Shown here: one piece after another, positions 25,974 through 33,757 of the stretch
Layout: every line of letters starts with the position of its first letter
Numbering within the stretch: position 1 is the first letter of the stretch
Source of the DNA: Eubacteriales bacterium
GTDB taxonomy: Bacteria > Bacillota > Clostridia > Oscillospirales > CAG-272
Direction of reading: 5' to 3'
Length of the DNA: 33,757 nucleotides
Assembly: GCA_051893885.1 (NCBI GenBank)
Contig: JBJFHS010000291.1
Coordinates: 1-33,757, forward strand
The notes under the pieces: generated by a model
What the model was told of the DNA's origin: nothing
The model's input: the letters and a program-made list of their open reading frames with translations, nothing else
The model's database searches: none
Made by a program: the position numbers and the translations under genes

Positions 25974-27116
25974 ATGTTTATACTTGATAAAACCGACCCC
26001 GAAAGCTGTGCGAGACGCGGCAGACTCATCACCGCTCACGGAGTAATCGAAACTCCCGTGTTCATGAATGTCGCAACCTGCGCCGCAATCAAGGGCGGGC
26101 TCTCCGCGTTCGATTTAAAGGACGTAAACTGCCAGGTAATGCTCTCAAACACGTATCACCTGCACATCAGACCGGGCGACAAGCTCGTTCACGACCTCGG
26201 CGGACTGCAGAAGTTCACCGGATGGGACCGACCCACCCTCACGGACAGCGGCGGATTCCAGGTTTTCTCCCTCGCGAGCCTCAGAAGAATCAAGGAGGAG
26301 GGCGTGTACTTCGCTTCGCACATCGACGGAAAGCGGATTTTCATGGGTCCCGAGGAGTCCATGCGGATTCAGTCAAACCTCGGCTCCACCATCGCGATGG
26401 CGTTCGACGAGTGCATAGAAAATCCCGCAGAGTATAATTATACAAAAAACTCATGCGACAGAACCACAAGATGGCTTCTCCGCTGCAAGACCGAGCTCAA
26501 CCGCCTGAACCAGCTCGAGGACACGGTCAACCCGCACCAGATGCTGTTCGGAATCAACCAGGGAAGCACATACGCCGACCTCAGAATCCGCCACATGGAG
26601 CAGATACGCGAGCTCGACACGGACGGTTATGCGATAGGCGGGCTTGCGGTCGGCGAGGAAACCGAGGAGATGTACCGCATAATCGAGACGGTCGAGCCGT
26701 ATATGCCAAAGGACAAGCCGCGCTACCTCATGGGAGTCGGAACGCCTCAGAACATCGTTGAGGGAGTCCACCGCGGAATCGACTTTTTCGACTGCGTAAT
26801 GCCCTCGAGAAACGCGCGCCACGGTAATTTGTTCACATGGAACGGCAAAATGAACCTCCTCAACGAAAAATATCTGAACGACCCGCGCCCGATTGACGAA
26901 AACTGCGGCTGTCCCGCCTGCCGTCACCACTCGAGAGCGTACATCCGCCACCTCATCAAGGCCAAAGAGGCTCTCGGAATGAGACTTGCGGTGCTGCACA
27001 ACCTGTATTTTTACAACGAACTGATGCAGAAAATCCGCGACGCGCTCGACGGTGACTATTACGAAAGTTTTTACCAGAAATACCGCGTTGTACTCGGCGA
27101 GAGAAATCCGGACTGA
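25974..27116 (+). CDS. tgt: Queuine tRNA-ribosyltransferase (tRNA-guanine transglycosylase)
   Basis: DSGGFQV, GGLAVGE and the zinc site CGCPACRHHSRAYIRHL. 380 aa. Confidence 0.95.
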   Translation: MFILDKTDPESCARRGRLITAHGVIETPVFMNVATCAAIKGGLSAFDLKDVNCQVMLSNTYHLHIRPGDKLVHDLGGLQKFTGWDRPTLTDSGGFQVFSLASLRRIKEEGVYFASHIDGKRIFMGPEESMRIQSNLGSTIAMAFDECIENPAEYNYTKNSCDRTTRWLLRCKTELNRLNQLEDTVNPHQMLFGINQGSTYADLRIRHMEQIRELDTDGYAIGGLAVGEETEEMYRIIETVEPYMPKDKPRYLMGVGTPQNIVEGVHRGIDFFDCVMPSRNARHGNLFTWNGKMNLLNEKYLNDPRPIDENCGCPACRHHSRAYIRHLIKAKEALGMRLAVLHNLYFYNELMQKIRDALDGDYYESFYQKYRVVLGERNPD

Positions 27117-27136
27117 CGTGTGATGGGGGCAAAAAC

Positions 27137-27505
27137 ATGAGAAAAATCATCGGTTTTATTCCGTTTTCGGGGTTCTGTGTGATTGCATTTTTATTGTTCA
27201 TCCCCGATTCACCAAACGAAAGTTATATTAAATTAACATTTTCACCGGAACTTCTGCTGTTCTTTCTCTGTATGCTCACCTCACTTTCCAGCGCGATTCT
27301 GCTGTGCATCGGATATATAAAAACCGGATTGATTGTCGGTGCTGCGGTGCCAGTCTGCTGTCTGGTTTCCCTGCTGCCTGATTTAATCAATCCGACATCC
27401 GAAGCAAACGGTTCTGTCGCGCCGGTGTTCTTTGCCTATCTCATGTTCTACATTTGCTATGCAGTGTGCTATTTCACATACCACCACGAAATTAACAAAA
27501 AATAA
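27137..27505 (+). CDS. Hypothetical small multi-pass membrane protein
   Basis: 122 aa with about four hydrophobic helices. It is tightly packed between tgt and the lplA-like gene. It is not YajC-like. Confidence 0.5.
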   Translation: MRKIIGFIPFSGFCVIAFLLFIPDSPNESYIKLTFSPELLLFFLCMLTSLSSAILLCIGYIKTGLIVGAAVPVCCLVSLLPDLINPTSEANGSVAPVFFAYLMFYICYAVCYFTYHHEINKK

Positions 27506-27510
27506 ACATC

Positions 27511-28401
27511 ATGCTCAGTATAAAAAATGATTCGCACGATCCCGCATTCTGCCTCGCCGCGGAGGAGTTTCTGCTTGAAAATTACACACAAGGCGAGTTT
27601 TTAATGCTGTGGAGCGGTGACAAGTCCGTAATCACGGGAAAATTCCAGAATATATACGAGGAAGTTTCTCTGCTTGAATGCCAAAAAAATAACATCGGCA
27701 TTTTCCGGCGGAACAGCGGCGGCGGCACGGTCTACCACGACCTCGGCAACGTCAACTTCTCATTTTTCGCGGACAAGGGCGAGAATTCACCTGACTATGA
27801 GCGATTTCTCACCCCAATCGTGCACGCACTGTGTTCTATTGGCATTCCGGCTGAACTCGGTAAGTCGTTCGACATCACCGTCGGCGGAAAAAAGGTCAGC
27901 GGAAATGCCCAGTCGGTTCACAAAAGCCGCGTAATGCACCACGGAACGCTCCTTTTCGACACGGATCTGGGCGTTTTATCGTCGGTTACGGGTCATGCGA
28001 GCGCAAAAATCACCTCAAAAGCAATCAAAAGCACTCCCGCGCCGGTCTGCAACATGAAGCCGTTTGCGCCGGAATTGACCACGGAAACCTTCGCGGAAGA
28101 AATAAAAAACGCGCTCTGCTCAGACGAAATCAGTTTTACAGATGAAGAAACCGCCGCAATCAACCGCATCGCAGACGAAAAATACCGCACATGGGAGTGG
28201 AATTTCGGACGTTCTCCGGCTTTTGACCTGAAAAGCAGCTCAATTTCGCTTAGCGCAAAAAACGGCGTGATTCTCTCGTCCGATATATATTCCGAAACTC
28301 TCGTCGGGCTGAGGCTGATTCCGGACGTGATTTATGACGCTCTGCGAAAAAGTGAAAGCGAGGCCGAAGCGGAGAAAATCGTGCGTGAAATATTCAACTA
28401 A
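27511..28401 (+). CDS. Lipoate-protein ligase A family protein with a short or degenerate C-terminal domain
   Basis: RRNSGGGTVYHDLGN and GGKKVSGNAQ catalytic-domain motifs, plus KYRTWEWNFGRSP. 296 aa, and it lacks the GDFF segment seen in the downstream paralog. Confidence 0.8.
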   Translation: MLSIKNDSHDPAFCLAAEEFLLENYTQGEFLMLWSGDKSVITGKFQNIYEEVSLLECQKNNIGIFRRNSGGGTVYHDLGNVNFSFFADKGENSPDYERFLTPIVHALCSIGIPAELGKSFDITVGGKKVSGNAQSVHKSRVMHHGTLLFDTDLGVLSSVTGHASAKITSKAIKSTPAPVCNMKPFAPELTTETFAEEIKNALCSDEISFTDEETAAINRIADEKYRTWEWNFGRSPAFDLKSSSISLSAKNGVILSSDIYSETLVGLRLIPDVIYDALRKSESEAEAEKIVREIFN

Positions 28402-28435
28402 AACAACAATAAATTAACATGAATGGAGAAATAAA

Positions 28436-28675
28436 ATGAAAATCGATATCACTATGCCGCGCCTTCGCCCTGAGATGAAATCCGGCGTACTCTGCGCGTG
28501 GAGAGTAAACGTGGGAGACGCGGTCAAAGCCGGAGACGTCGTTTTTGAAGTCGAGACCGACAAGGTCGTAAGCGAAATCGAGGCGGCGCACGACATGACG
28601 ATACTCTCACTGAACGCTGAGGAAGGCGACGAAATCGCACCCGAAACCGTCATCGCAACAGCGGAAGCGGACTGA
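28436..28675 (+). CDS. Free-standing lipoyl-attachment domain protein (E2-type, 79 aa)
   Basis: VGDAVKAGDVVFEVETDKVVSEIEA carries the E/T-D-K lipoyl-lysine motif, not the biotinyl EAMKM motif. No catalytic E2 domain follows. Confidence 0.8.
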   Translation: MKIDITMPRLRPEMKSGVLCAWRVNVGDAVKAGDVVFEVETDKVVSEIEAAHDMTILSLNAEEGDEIAPETVIATAEAD

Positions 28676-28692
28676 AAGCCAGAGGTAAAATA

Positions 28693-29574
28693 ATGTCCTA
28701 CGAAAAAAAGCCGGAATGGCTGAAAGTGCGATATAACGCGGGAGAAGTCTCGGAAGTCGCACAGCTCATGTCAAAACTTGGCTTGAACACCGTCTGCACA
28801 AGCGCGAGCTGTCCCAACCTCGGAACGTGCTACCGGCACAAAACCGCGACGTTTATGATTCTCGGCTCAAAATGCACGCGCGACTGCCGGTTCTGCGATG
28901 TACCGCACGCAAAGGCAGGGGAATTATGTCCGCCCGACCCCGATGAGCCGAAAAAAATCGCCGAAGCCGCTAAAAAGCTGGGGCTGAAGCACGTCGTTGT
29001 AACCTGCGTCACCCGGGATGATCTTGACGACGGAGGAGCGCGCCAGTTTGCCGAGGTGATACGCGAGGTGCGAAAAATCAACATCGGGACGACAGTCGAG
29101 GTGCTGATCTCCGACTTCAAGGGAGACGAAAACGCGCTTGACACCGTTATGAAAGAGCGCCCCGACGTGCTCAACCACAACATCGAGACCGTGCCGTCGC
29201 TCTACCCCGCAGTCCGTCCGCAGGCAGTGTATTCGCGTTCACTCGAGGTGCTTCGGCGCGCAAAAAGCTACGGCACAGCGTTCACCAAAACGGGAATAAT
29301 GCTCGGACTCGGCGAAACTGACGACGAAATCAGGCAAACCTTTGACGACGTGAGCGCGGTCGGCTGCGACATCATCGTGATAAGCCAGTATCTTCAGCCG
29401 TCGAGCAGCCACTATCCACTCAGGCGATACGTCACGCCGGAGGAATTCGACAAATATAAAGAAATGGCGATTTCATCCGGAATAAAATACGCAATCAGCG
29501 CGCCGCTTGTGAGAAGCTCATATCTCGCCTCGGACGCACTTGACGCTCTGAAACAGAAAATTACGGAAAAATGA
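28693..29574 (+). CDS. lipA: Lipoyl synthase
   Basis: Auxiliary-cluster cysteines CTSASCPNLGTC and radical-SAM CTRDCRFC. 293 aa. Confidence 0.92.
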   Translation: MSYEKKPEWLKVRYNAGEVSEVAQLMSKLGLNTVCTSASCPNLGTCYRHKTATFMILGSKCTRDCRFCDVPHAKAGELCPPDPDEPKKIAEAAKKLGLKHVVVTCVTRDDLDDGGARQFAEVIREVRKINIGTTVEVLISDFKGDENALDTVMKERPDVLNHNIETVPSLYPAVRPQAVYSRSLEVLRRAKSYGTAFTKTGIMLGLGETDDEIRQTFDDVSAVGCDIIVISQYLQPSSSHYPLRRYVTPEEFDKYKEMAISSGIKYAISAPLVRSSYLASDALDALKQKITEK

Positions 29575-30536
29575 TATACATAGACACAAAATCAACAGAC
29601 GTTTACTACAATTTCGGCGTGGAATACTATTTTTCGCGCGAAAAAAATCTCGGTGACGACGTTTTTCTCATGTGGAGGACGACGCCCACCCTTATGATCG
29701 GCAAATTTCAGAATACGCTCGAGGAAATCGACGCAAAATACGCCCGCGAGCATGGGATAAAGGTTGTCAGGCGGCTCTCCGGCGGCGGAACGATCTACAC
29801 TGACATGGGCGGCTGGCAGTTCTCATACATCACGAAAACCTGCGGCATCGAGATAGAGTTCGAGCGGTTTATCTCCCCGATTGTGGAAATACTGCGCTCT
29901 CTCGGTCTCGACGCATCGCTCACAGGCAGAAACGACATCACGGTCGGCGGAAAAAAGGTCAGCGGAAACACCCAGTTCAAGCTCGGCGATACCACAGTAC
30001 ACCACGGCTCGCTGCTGTTTTCGACCGACCTCGGTGAGCTTGTGCGCTCGTCCACCCCGAATCCGTACAAAATCACCTCAAAGGCGATAAGCTCGGTGCG
30101 TGAGCGGGTCACCAACATCTCCGAGCACCTCTCCTCCCCCATGACGGCAGAGGAATTCCGCGACATGACGGTGAAAAAGCTCACGACGGAGAGGTATGAA
30201 ATCACGCCGGAGGACGACGAGCGCATCAGGGTTTACGCGCGTGAAAAGTTCGAGGACGAAAAGATAATCTACGCCGCCTCTCCGAAATTCGACATTGAGA
30301 AAAACTTCCATCTCGACGGCGGTGAATTCACGATAGGCTATTCGGTGTACCGCGGCAAAATCACGGAGGCGGGAATTCACGGAGACTTTTTCGCGGGAGT
30401 CAGCGCGGAGGAGATAGAAAACGCTCTGATCGGCTGCGATTTCACCCCCGAAGCAGTTTCCGCCGCTCTCGCAAAATTCGACGGAATGATATACAAAACC
30501 GGCACGGACGAGCTTGTGAGGGGAATTTTTGAGTGA
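29571..30536 (+). CDS. lplA: Lipoate-protein ligase A (full length with C-terminal accessory domain)
   Basis: RRLSGGGTIYTDMGG, GGKKVSGNTQ and a C-terminal domain with GIHGDFF. ATGA overlap with the lipA stop. Confidence 0.85.
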   Translation: MIYIDTKSTDVYYNFGVEYYFSREKNLGDDVFLMWRTTPTLMIGKFQNTLEEIDAKYAREHGIKVVRRLSGGGTIYTDMGGWQFSYITKTCGIEIEFERFISPIVEILRSLGLDASLTGRNDITVGGKKVSGNTQFKLGDTTVHHGSLLFSTDLGELVRSSTPNPYKITSKAISSVRERVTNISEHLSSPMTAEEFRDMTVKKLTTERYEITPEDDERIRVYAREKFEDEKIIYAASPKFDIEKNFHLDGGEFTIGYSVYRGKITEAGIHGDFFAGVSAEEIENALIGCDFTPEAVSAALAKFDGMIYKTGTDELVRGIFE

Positions 30537-30617
30537 GGATGCACTTTTCTCCTGCGCGGGAATAACGAGCTTCAATAAACAAACATTACAAAAATAAAAT
30601 TCAAAGAGGAGACAGTC

Positions 30618-31397
30618 ATGAAAAAACCGAGAATAGCAATGACTCAGGCGGAAAAAGACGCAGCGGCAGCCAAAAGAGCCAAAATAATGTACGTTTTCAC
30701 CCTCATCAGCTTCATCCTTCCCATAGTTTTCATAGTCATCCGCATGGTATTCTTCTCCGATTCCGTTGACGAAAACGAAGCCGGATATCACTCTCACGCC
30801 GACTACATCCTCATGATTGTAGAGTGCCTGCTCGGATGCCTTGTCATCAATATCCCGACAATTCTTTCGCGCAGATTCAAATTTGAAATCCCGGGAGTTT
30901 TATACATCTTTTATATAATTTTCCTGTACTGCGCGATTTTCCTCGGCGAGGTCAGAAGCTTCTACTACGTGATCCCGGGCTGGGACAACATTCTCCACAC
31001 CATGAGCAGCGTAATGCTCGGCTTCTTCGGATTGATGGTCGTGTACATCCTCAACCGCGACGAACACGTCATGGTCAAGCTATCGCCGTTCTTTATCTCC
31101 CTGTTTGCGTTCTCGTTCGCGGTGACAATCGGCTCGCTCTGGGAAATTTACGAGTTCTCATTTGACGGCCTCCTCGGTCTGAATATGCAGAAATTCATGA
31201 CGGCTGACGGCGTTGTCCTCTCCGGTCACGACGCTCTGCGCGACACGATGAAGGACATTATAGTCGACACTCTCGGCGCGCTTGTTTCGTCTACGATCGG
31301 TTATTTCAGCATCAAATACGAAAAAAGCTGGTTCAAGCCGAAGCTCACAAGCGATCCCGAAAACACGGATGCCGACGCCGGAACAACAAAAAACTAA
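30618..31397 (+). CDS. Hypothetical multi-pass membrane protein (possibly YjdF/DUF2238-like, low certainty)
   Basis: 259 aa with 5-6 hydrophobic helices. GWDNILHTMSS and SLWEIYEFSFD vaguely resemble DUF2238 conserved segments. Confidence 0.5.
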   Translation: MKKPRIAMTQAEKDAAAAKRAKIMYVFTLISFILPIVFIVIRMVFFSDSVDENEAGYHSHADYILMIVECLLGCLVINIPTILSRRFKFEIPGVLYIFYIIFLYCAIFLGEVRSFYYVIPGWDNILHTMSSVMLGFFGLMVVYILNRDEHVMVKLSPFFISLFAFSFAVTIGSLWEIYEFSFDGLLGLNMQKFMTADGVVLSGHDALRDTMKDIIVDTLGALVSSTIGYFSIKYEKSWFKPKLTSDPENTDADAGTTKN

Positions 31398-31428
31398 CAT
31401 TTTAACAGCTAAATAAAGAGGTTTATCT

Positions 31429-32604
31429 ATGGAAGCCAACGAAAAATTAAAGCAGCTCCGAGCAAAAATCGACGAATCCGACGCGCAGCTGATCAAAAGC
31501 TTTGCGGACAGAATGAAAATCGCGGCGGAAATAGCTCAGTGCAAAAAGGAGAACGGTCTGCCGGTGTACGACGCTGTAAGAGAGAAAAACAAGCTCTCCG
31601 AGGTCAGCGCACTTTCGTCAAAAATCGGCGGCGAGGAGATGAGCGCGTACACCGAGCAGATGTATTCGCTTCTCTTTGAGCTCTCCCGCGACTATCAGAA
31701 CAAGCTCCTGAAGCCGAAAAGCGAGCTTTACGAGTCAATCAAACGCGCGATAGAGGAGACTCCGCACCTGTTTCCCGAGTCCGCAGTTGTGGCGTGTCAG
31801 GGAATCGACGGAGCGTACTCAGCTTCGGCCGCGAGAAAGATGTTTCTGAGCCCCGACATACAGTTCGTCAAGACCTTCAGCGACGTCGTCAGAGCGGTCA
31901 GAACCGGCTACACGGAGTTCGGCGTGCTTCCGATAGAAAACAGCACCGCTGGAGTTGTGGGCGACGTGTACAAGGAGCTTGAGACGTGCGGGCTTTACAT
32001 CTGCCGTTCGGTCAAGCTCAAGGTGGAGCACTCTCTGCTGGCAAACGAAGGCGCGTCCCTCGACTCAATAACCGAAATCGTATCGCACGAGCAGGCGATC
32101 CACCAGTGCGCGCGGTTTATTGACAGGCTGAACAAGGAAAAGTCGGGCGGCGTGAAGGTAACGTACTTTGCGAACACCGCTGCTGCTGCGAGATACGTAA
32201 GCGAGTCGGGTCGGTGTGACATTGCAGCCATAGCTTCACGTGACTGCGCACCGATTTACAGCCTCAGGCCGCTCGCAAAGGACATCCACGACAACACGAA
32301 CAACTACACGCGCTTCATCTGCCTGTCAAAAGAGCCGCGCATCTACCCCGGTGCGGACAAGACCACGGTGATGCTGACGACTGCGAACGAGCCCGGCGCG
32401 CTTTTCAAGGTGCTCTCACGCTTCTCCGCCCTCGGAATCAACCTGACGAGCCTGCTTTCACGCCCGATCGAGGGAAGGGATTTTGAGTTCCGCTTCTTCC
32501 TCGACTTCGAGACGCAGGTCTACTCCGAACGCTTCGCCGAGCTCATGACCACGATAGGCGATATGTGCGAGGAATTCCACTACCTCGGCAGCTACAACAA
32601 ATAA
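31429..32604 (+). CDS. pheA: Bifunctional chorismate mutase / prephenate dehydratase
   Basis: N-terminal AroQ-type CM (LRAKIDESDAQLIKSFADRM), a PDT domain (NYTRF) and a C-terminal ACT domain (SRPIEGRDFEFRFFLDF). Confidence 0.9.
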   Translation: MEANEKLKQLRAKIDESDAQLIKSFADRMKIAAEIAQCKKENGLPVYDAVREKNKLSEVSALSSKIGGEEMSAYTEQMYSLLFELSRDYQNKLLKPKSELYESIKRAIEETPHLFPESAVVACQGIDGAYSASAARKMFLSPDIQFVKTFSDVVRAVRTGYTEFGVLPIENSTAGVVGDVYKELETCGLYICRSVKLKVEHSLLANEGASLDSITEIVSHEQAIHQCARFIDRLNKEKSGGVKVTYFANTAAAARYVSESGRCDIAAIASRDCAPIYSLRPLAKDIHDNTNNYTRFICLSKEPRIYPGADKTTVMLTTANEPGALFKVLSRFSALGINLTSLLSRPIEGRDFEFRFFLDFETQVYSERFAELMTTIGDMCEEFHYLGSYNK

Positions 32605-32611
32605 AAGAAAA

Positions 32612-32659
32612 ACCGGCTCGGTTTCCGTTGTTTTTTGGGAACAAAGCCGGTTATTTTTG
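32612..32659 (+). terminator. Intrinsic terminator after pheA
   Basis: aaccggct (32612-32619) pairs with agccggtt (32646-32653), followed by ATTTTT. Confidence 0.6.
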
Positions 32660-32688
32660 TCGTTATGTTTAAATTTTTCGGATTACAC

Positions 32689-32717
32689 TTGACAGACGCG
32701 ATTCTGCCGTGTATAAT
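32689..32717 (+). promoter_or_regulatory. Consensus sigma-A promoter of the last gene
   Basis: TTGACA (32689-32694), 17-nt spacer, TATAAT (32712-32717) preceded by TG. It lies directly downstream of the pheA terminator. Confidence 0.65.
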
Positions 32718-33392
32718 AAAAAACGTCAGGGGGAGACACCCATAACAAAAAACGGAGGCAAAAATACGGCAAAGGGGGAGACACCCATAGATAAAAACGT
32801 AATTGTCGTCGATGAAAACGGAAACGAAATAGGTTCGACCTACGTAAAACGTGCGAAAGGTCTTGTAAAAAAAGGCAGGGCACGGTTTATCGACGAAAAT
32901 AAAATATGTCTCACCGCAGAGAGTGAGAATCCGTGTCCGCCTTCAATAGATTTGGAGGAAAATATAATGGACGAAAAAATTATTATAGGTAACGGCGCGG
33001 AAGAAATGAATCATGCTGAAAAAGCAGGCCTGACAATCGAAAAAATCGTCGCGAAAATCGATGCAATTGCTTCGGACAAGGGTTATCTCACAGAGGCAAT
33101 TGAAAGTCTCCGCCTGATAACCGACGGAAATTCGGGCGACTGCGGCGCTCCCGGTGACATTGCGGGCCAGGCAAAGGCTGAGGCACTCGGAAAGGCTGTG
33201 GCGGCAAGAGAGGAGACAAATCAGCGTCTCATCGAATTCTACACAAAGGTTTATAATGATATGCTCAATGCGCAGATGTCACGCAAAGACACAGCCGGAT
33301 TAAGGATTATTGCTTTAGTCGAAAATGCAATAGATAAAGGCATGGACGCAGACGGAATAACAACTATTCTTGATTTCTTTGGAAGACATTAA
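32709..33392 (+). CDS. Hypothetical protein (ORF envelope) with a PLMP/RRXRR-like N-terminal segment and a helical C-terminal part; start codon unresolved
   Basis: The frame is stop-free for 227 codons. GTG 32709 lies inside the predicted promoter. The next canonical start is ATG 32967, which has a strong SD (ggagg 8 nt upstream). See the findings. Confidence 0.55.
   Translation: MYNKKRQGETPITKNGGKNTAKGETPIDKNVIVVDENGNEIGSTYVKRAKGLVKKGRARFIDENKICLTAESENPCPPSIDLEENIMDEKIIIGNGAEEMNHAEKAGLTIEKIVAKIDAIASDKGYLTEAIESLRLITDGNSGDCGAPGDIAGQAKAEALGKAVAAREETNQRLIEFYTKVYNDMLNAQMSRKDTAGLRIIALVENAIDKGMDADGITTILDFFGRH
32728..32789 (+). repeat. Perfect 17-nt direct repeat agggggagacacccata, two copies 45 nt apart
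   Basis: Copies at 32728-32744 and 32773-32789. Each is followed by NNNaaaaacg. Confidence 0.9.
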
Positions 33393-33407
33393 TCTATAAT
33401 AAAATTT

Positions 33408-33440
33408 TAACTCCGTTGGATTGGCTCCGGCGGAGTTTTT
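33408..33440 (+). terminator. Intrinsic terminator of the last + strand gene
   Basis: aactccg (33408-33414) pairs with cggagtt (33430-33436), followed by a T-run. Confidence 0.6.
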
Positions 33441-33464
33441 TCATTGATTAAGGCAAATCAAAGC

Positions 33465-33514
33465 ACAAAAAAAGGATGGAGTCTAATTACTAAGTAATTA
33501 CAACTGCCATCCTT
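33465..33514 (-). terminator. Intrinsic terminator of the minus-strand tRNA cluster
   Basis: On the minus strand, aaggatgg pairs with ccatcctt (33507-33514 with 33471-33478) around an inner palindrome, followed by a T-run. Confidence 0.6.
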
Positions 33515-33515
33515 A

Positions 33516-33588
33516 AGCGGATTACGGGGCTCGGACCCGCCACCTCAACCTTGGCAAGGTTGCGCTCTACCAAATGAGCTAAATCCGC
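33516..33588 (-). tRNA. tRNA-Gly (anticodon GCC), CCA not encoded, with an atypical T-loop
   Basis: The reverse complement folds as GCGGATT-TA-GCTC-ATTTGGTA-GAGC-G-CAACC-TTGCCAA-GGTTG-AGGTG-GCGGG-TCCGAGC-CCCGT-AATCCGC-T. Confidence 0.8.
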
Positions 33589-33591
33589 ATA

Positions 33592-33664
33592 TGCCTCCGG
33601 TCGGAATTGAACCAACGACACGGGAATTTTCAATCCCCTGCTCTACCAACTGAGCTACAGAGGC
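33592..33664 (-). tRNA. tRNA-Phe (anticodon GAA), CCA not encoded
   Basis: The reverse complement folds as GCCTCTG-TA-GCTC-AGTTGGTA-GAGC-A-GGGGA-TTGAAAA-TTCCC-GTGTC-GTTGG-TTCAATT-CCGAC-CGGAGGC-A. Confidence 0.9.
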
Positions 33665-33703
33665 ATATATGTTAAATGATTCAGGATTTCTCCCGAACCA
33701 TGA

Positions 33704-33757
33704 CGACCCGGACGAGACTCGAACTCGTGACCTCTAGCGTGACAGGCTAGCGTTCTA
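33704..33757 (-). tRNA. tRNA-Asp (anticodon GTC), 3' part only (5' end beyond the window)
   Basis: The reverse complement reads ..TAGAACG-CTAGC-CTGTCAC-GCTAG-AGGTC-ACGAG-TTCGAGT-CTCGT-CCGGGTC-G. Confidence 0.8.

Noticed and set aside
1-33757. A scan for CRISPR arrays, transposase, integrase or recombinase genes, toxin-antitoxin pairs, restriction-modification or other defence modules, rRNA, tmRNA, RNase P RNA and SRP RNA
   Set aside because: I found none. There are no regularly spaced repeats, no recognisable catalytic motifs of those families in any listed ORF, and no conserved cores of those RNAs.

Overview
This is a chromosomal, mostly housekeeping segment of a Firmicutes/Clostridia-type genome, about 50% GC by eye. 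Nearly all genes lie on the + strand. Many promoters are close to TTGACA-17-TATAAT with a TG-extended -10. Conserved blocks are rpsT; apgM-family/lepB/rbgA(ylqF)/rnhB/yraN; M19 dipeptidase/thrC/metallophosphoesterase; tig/clpP/clpX; apbE/miaB/ylbF-like/mutS/mutL/tgt; a lipoate cluster (lplA-like, free-standing lipoyl domain, lipA, lplA); and pheA. RNA genes are two identical tRNA-Leu(GAG) genes, each with its own promoter and terminator, and a minus-strand tRNA-Asp(partial)/Phe/Gly cluster at the right edge. No transposase, integrase, CRISPR array or recognisable defence gene is visible. The stretches worth a second look are: (1) a 620-nt ORF-free, hairpin-dense spacer between the ylbF-like gene and mutS, which could be a large structured RNA or a non-autonomous hairpin-bounded element; (2) a self-contained lipoylation cluster built around an orphan 79-aa lipoyl domain; (3) the last ORF, which has a PLMP/RRXRR-like N-terminus, no usable canonical start behind a consensus promoter, and a 17-nt SD-like direct repeat in its leader; (4) a 28-nt palindrome present twice with a compensatory base-pair change. 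All protein and RNA family calls come from motif recognition by eye. No database search or RNA folding was run.
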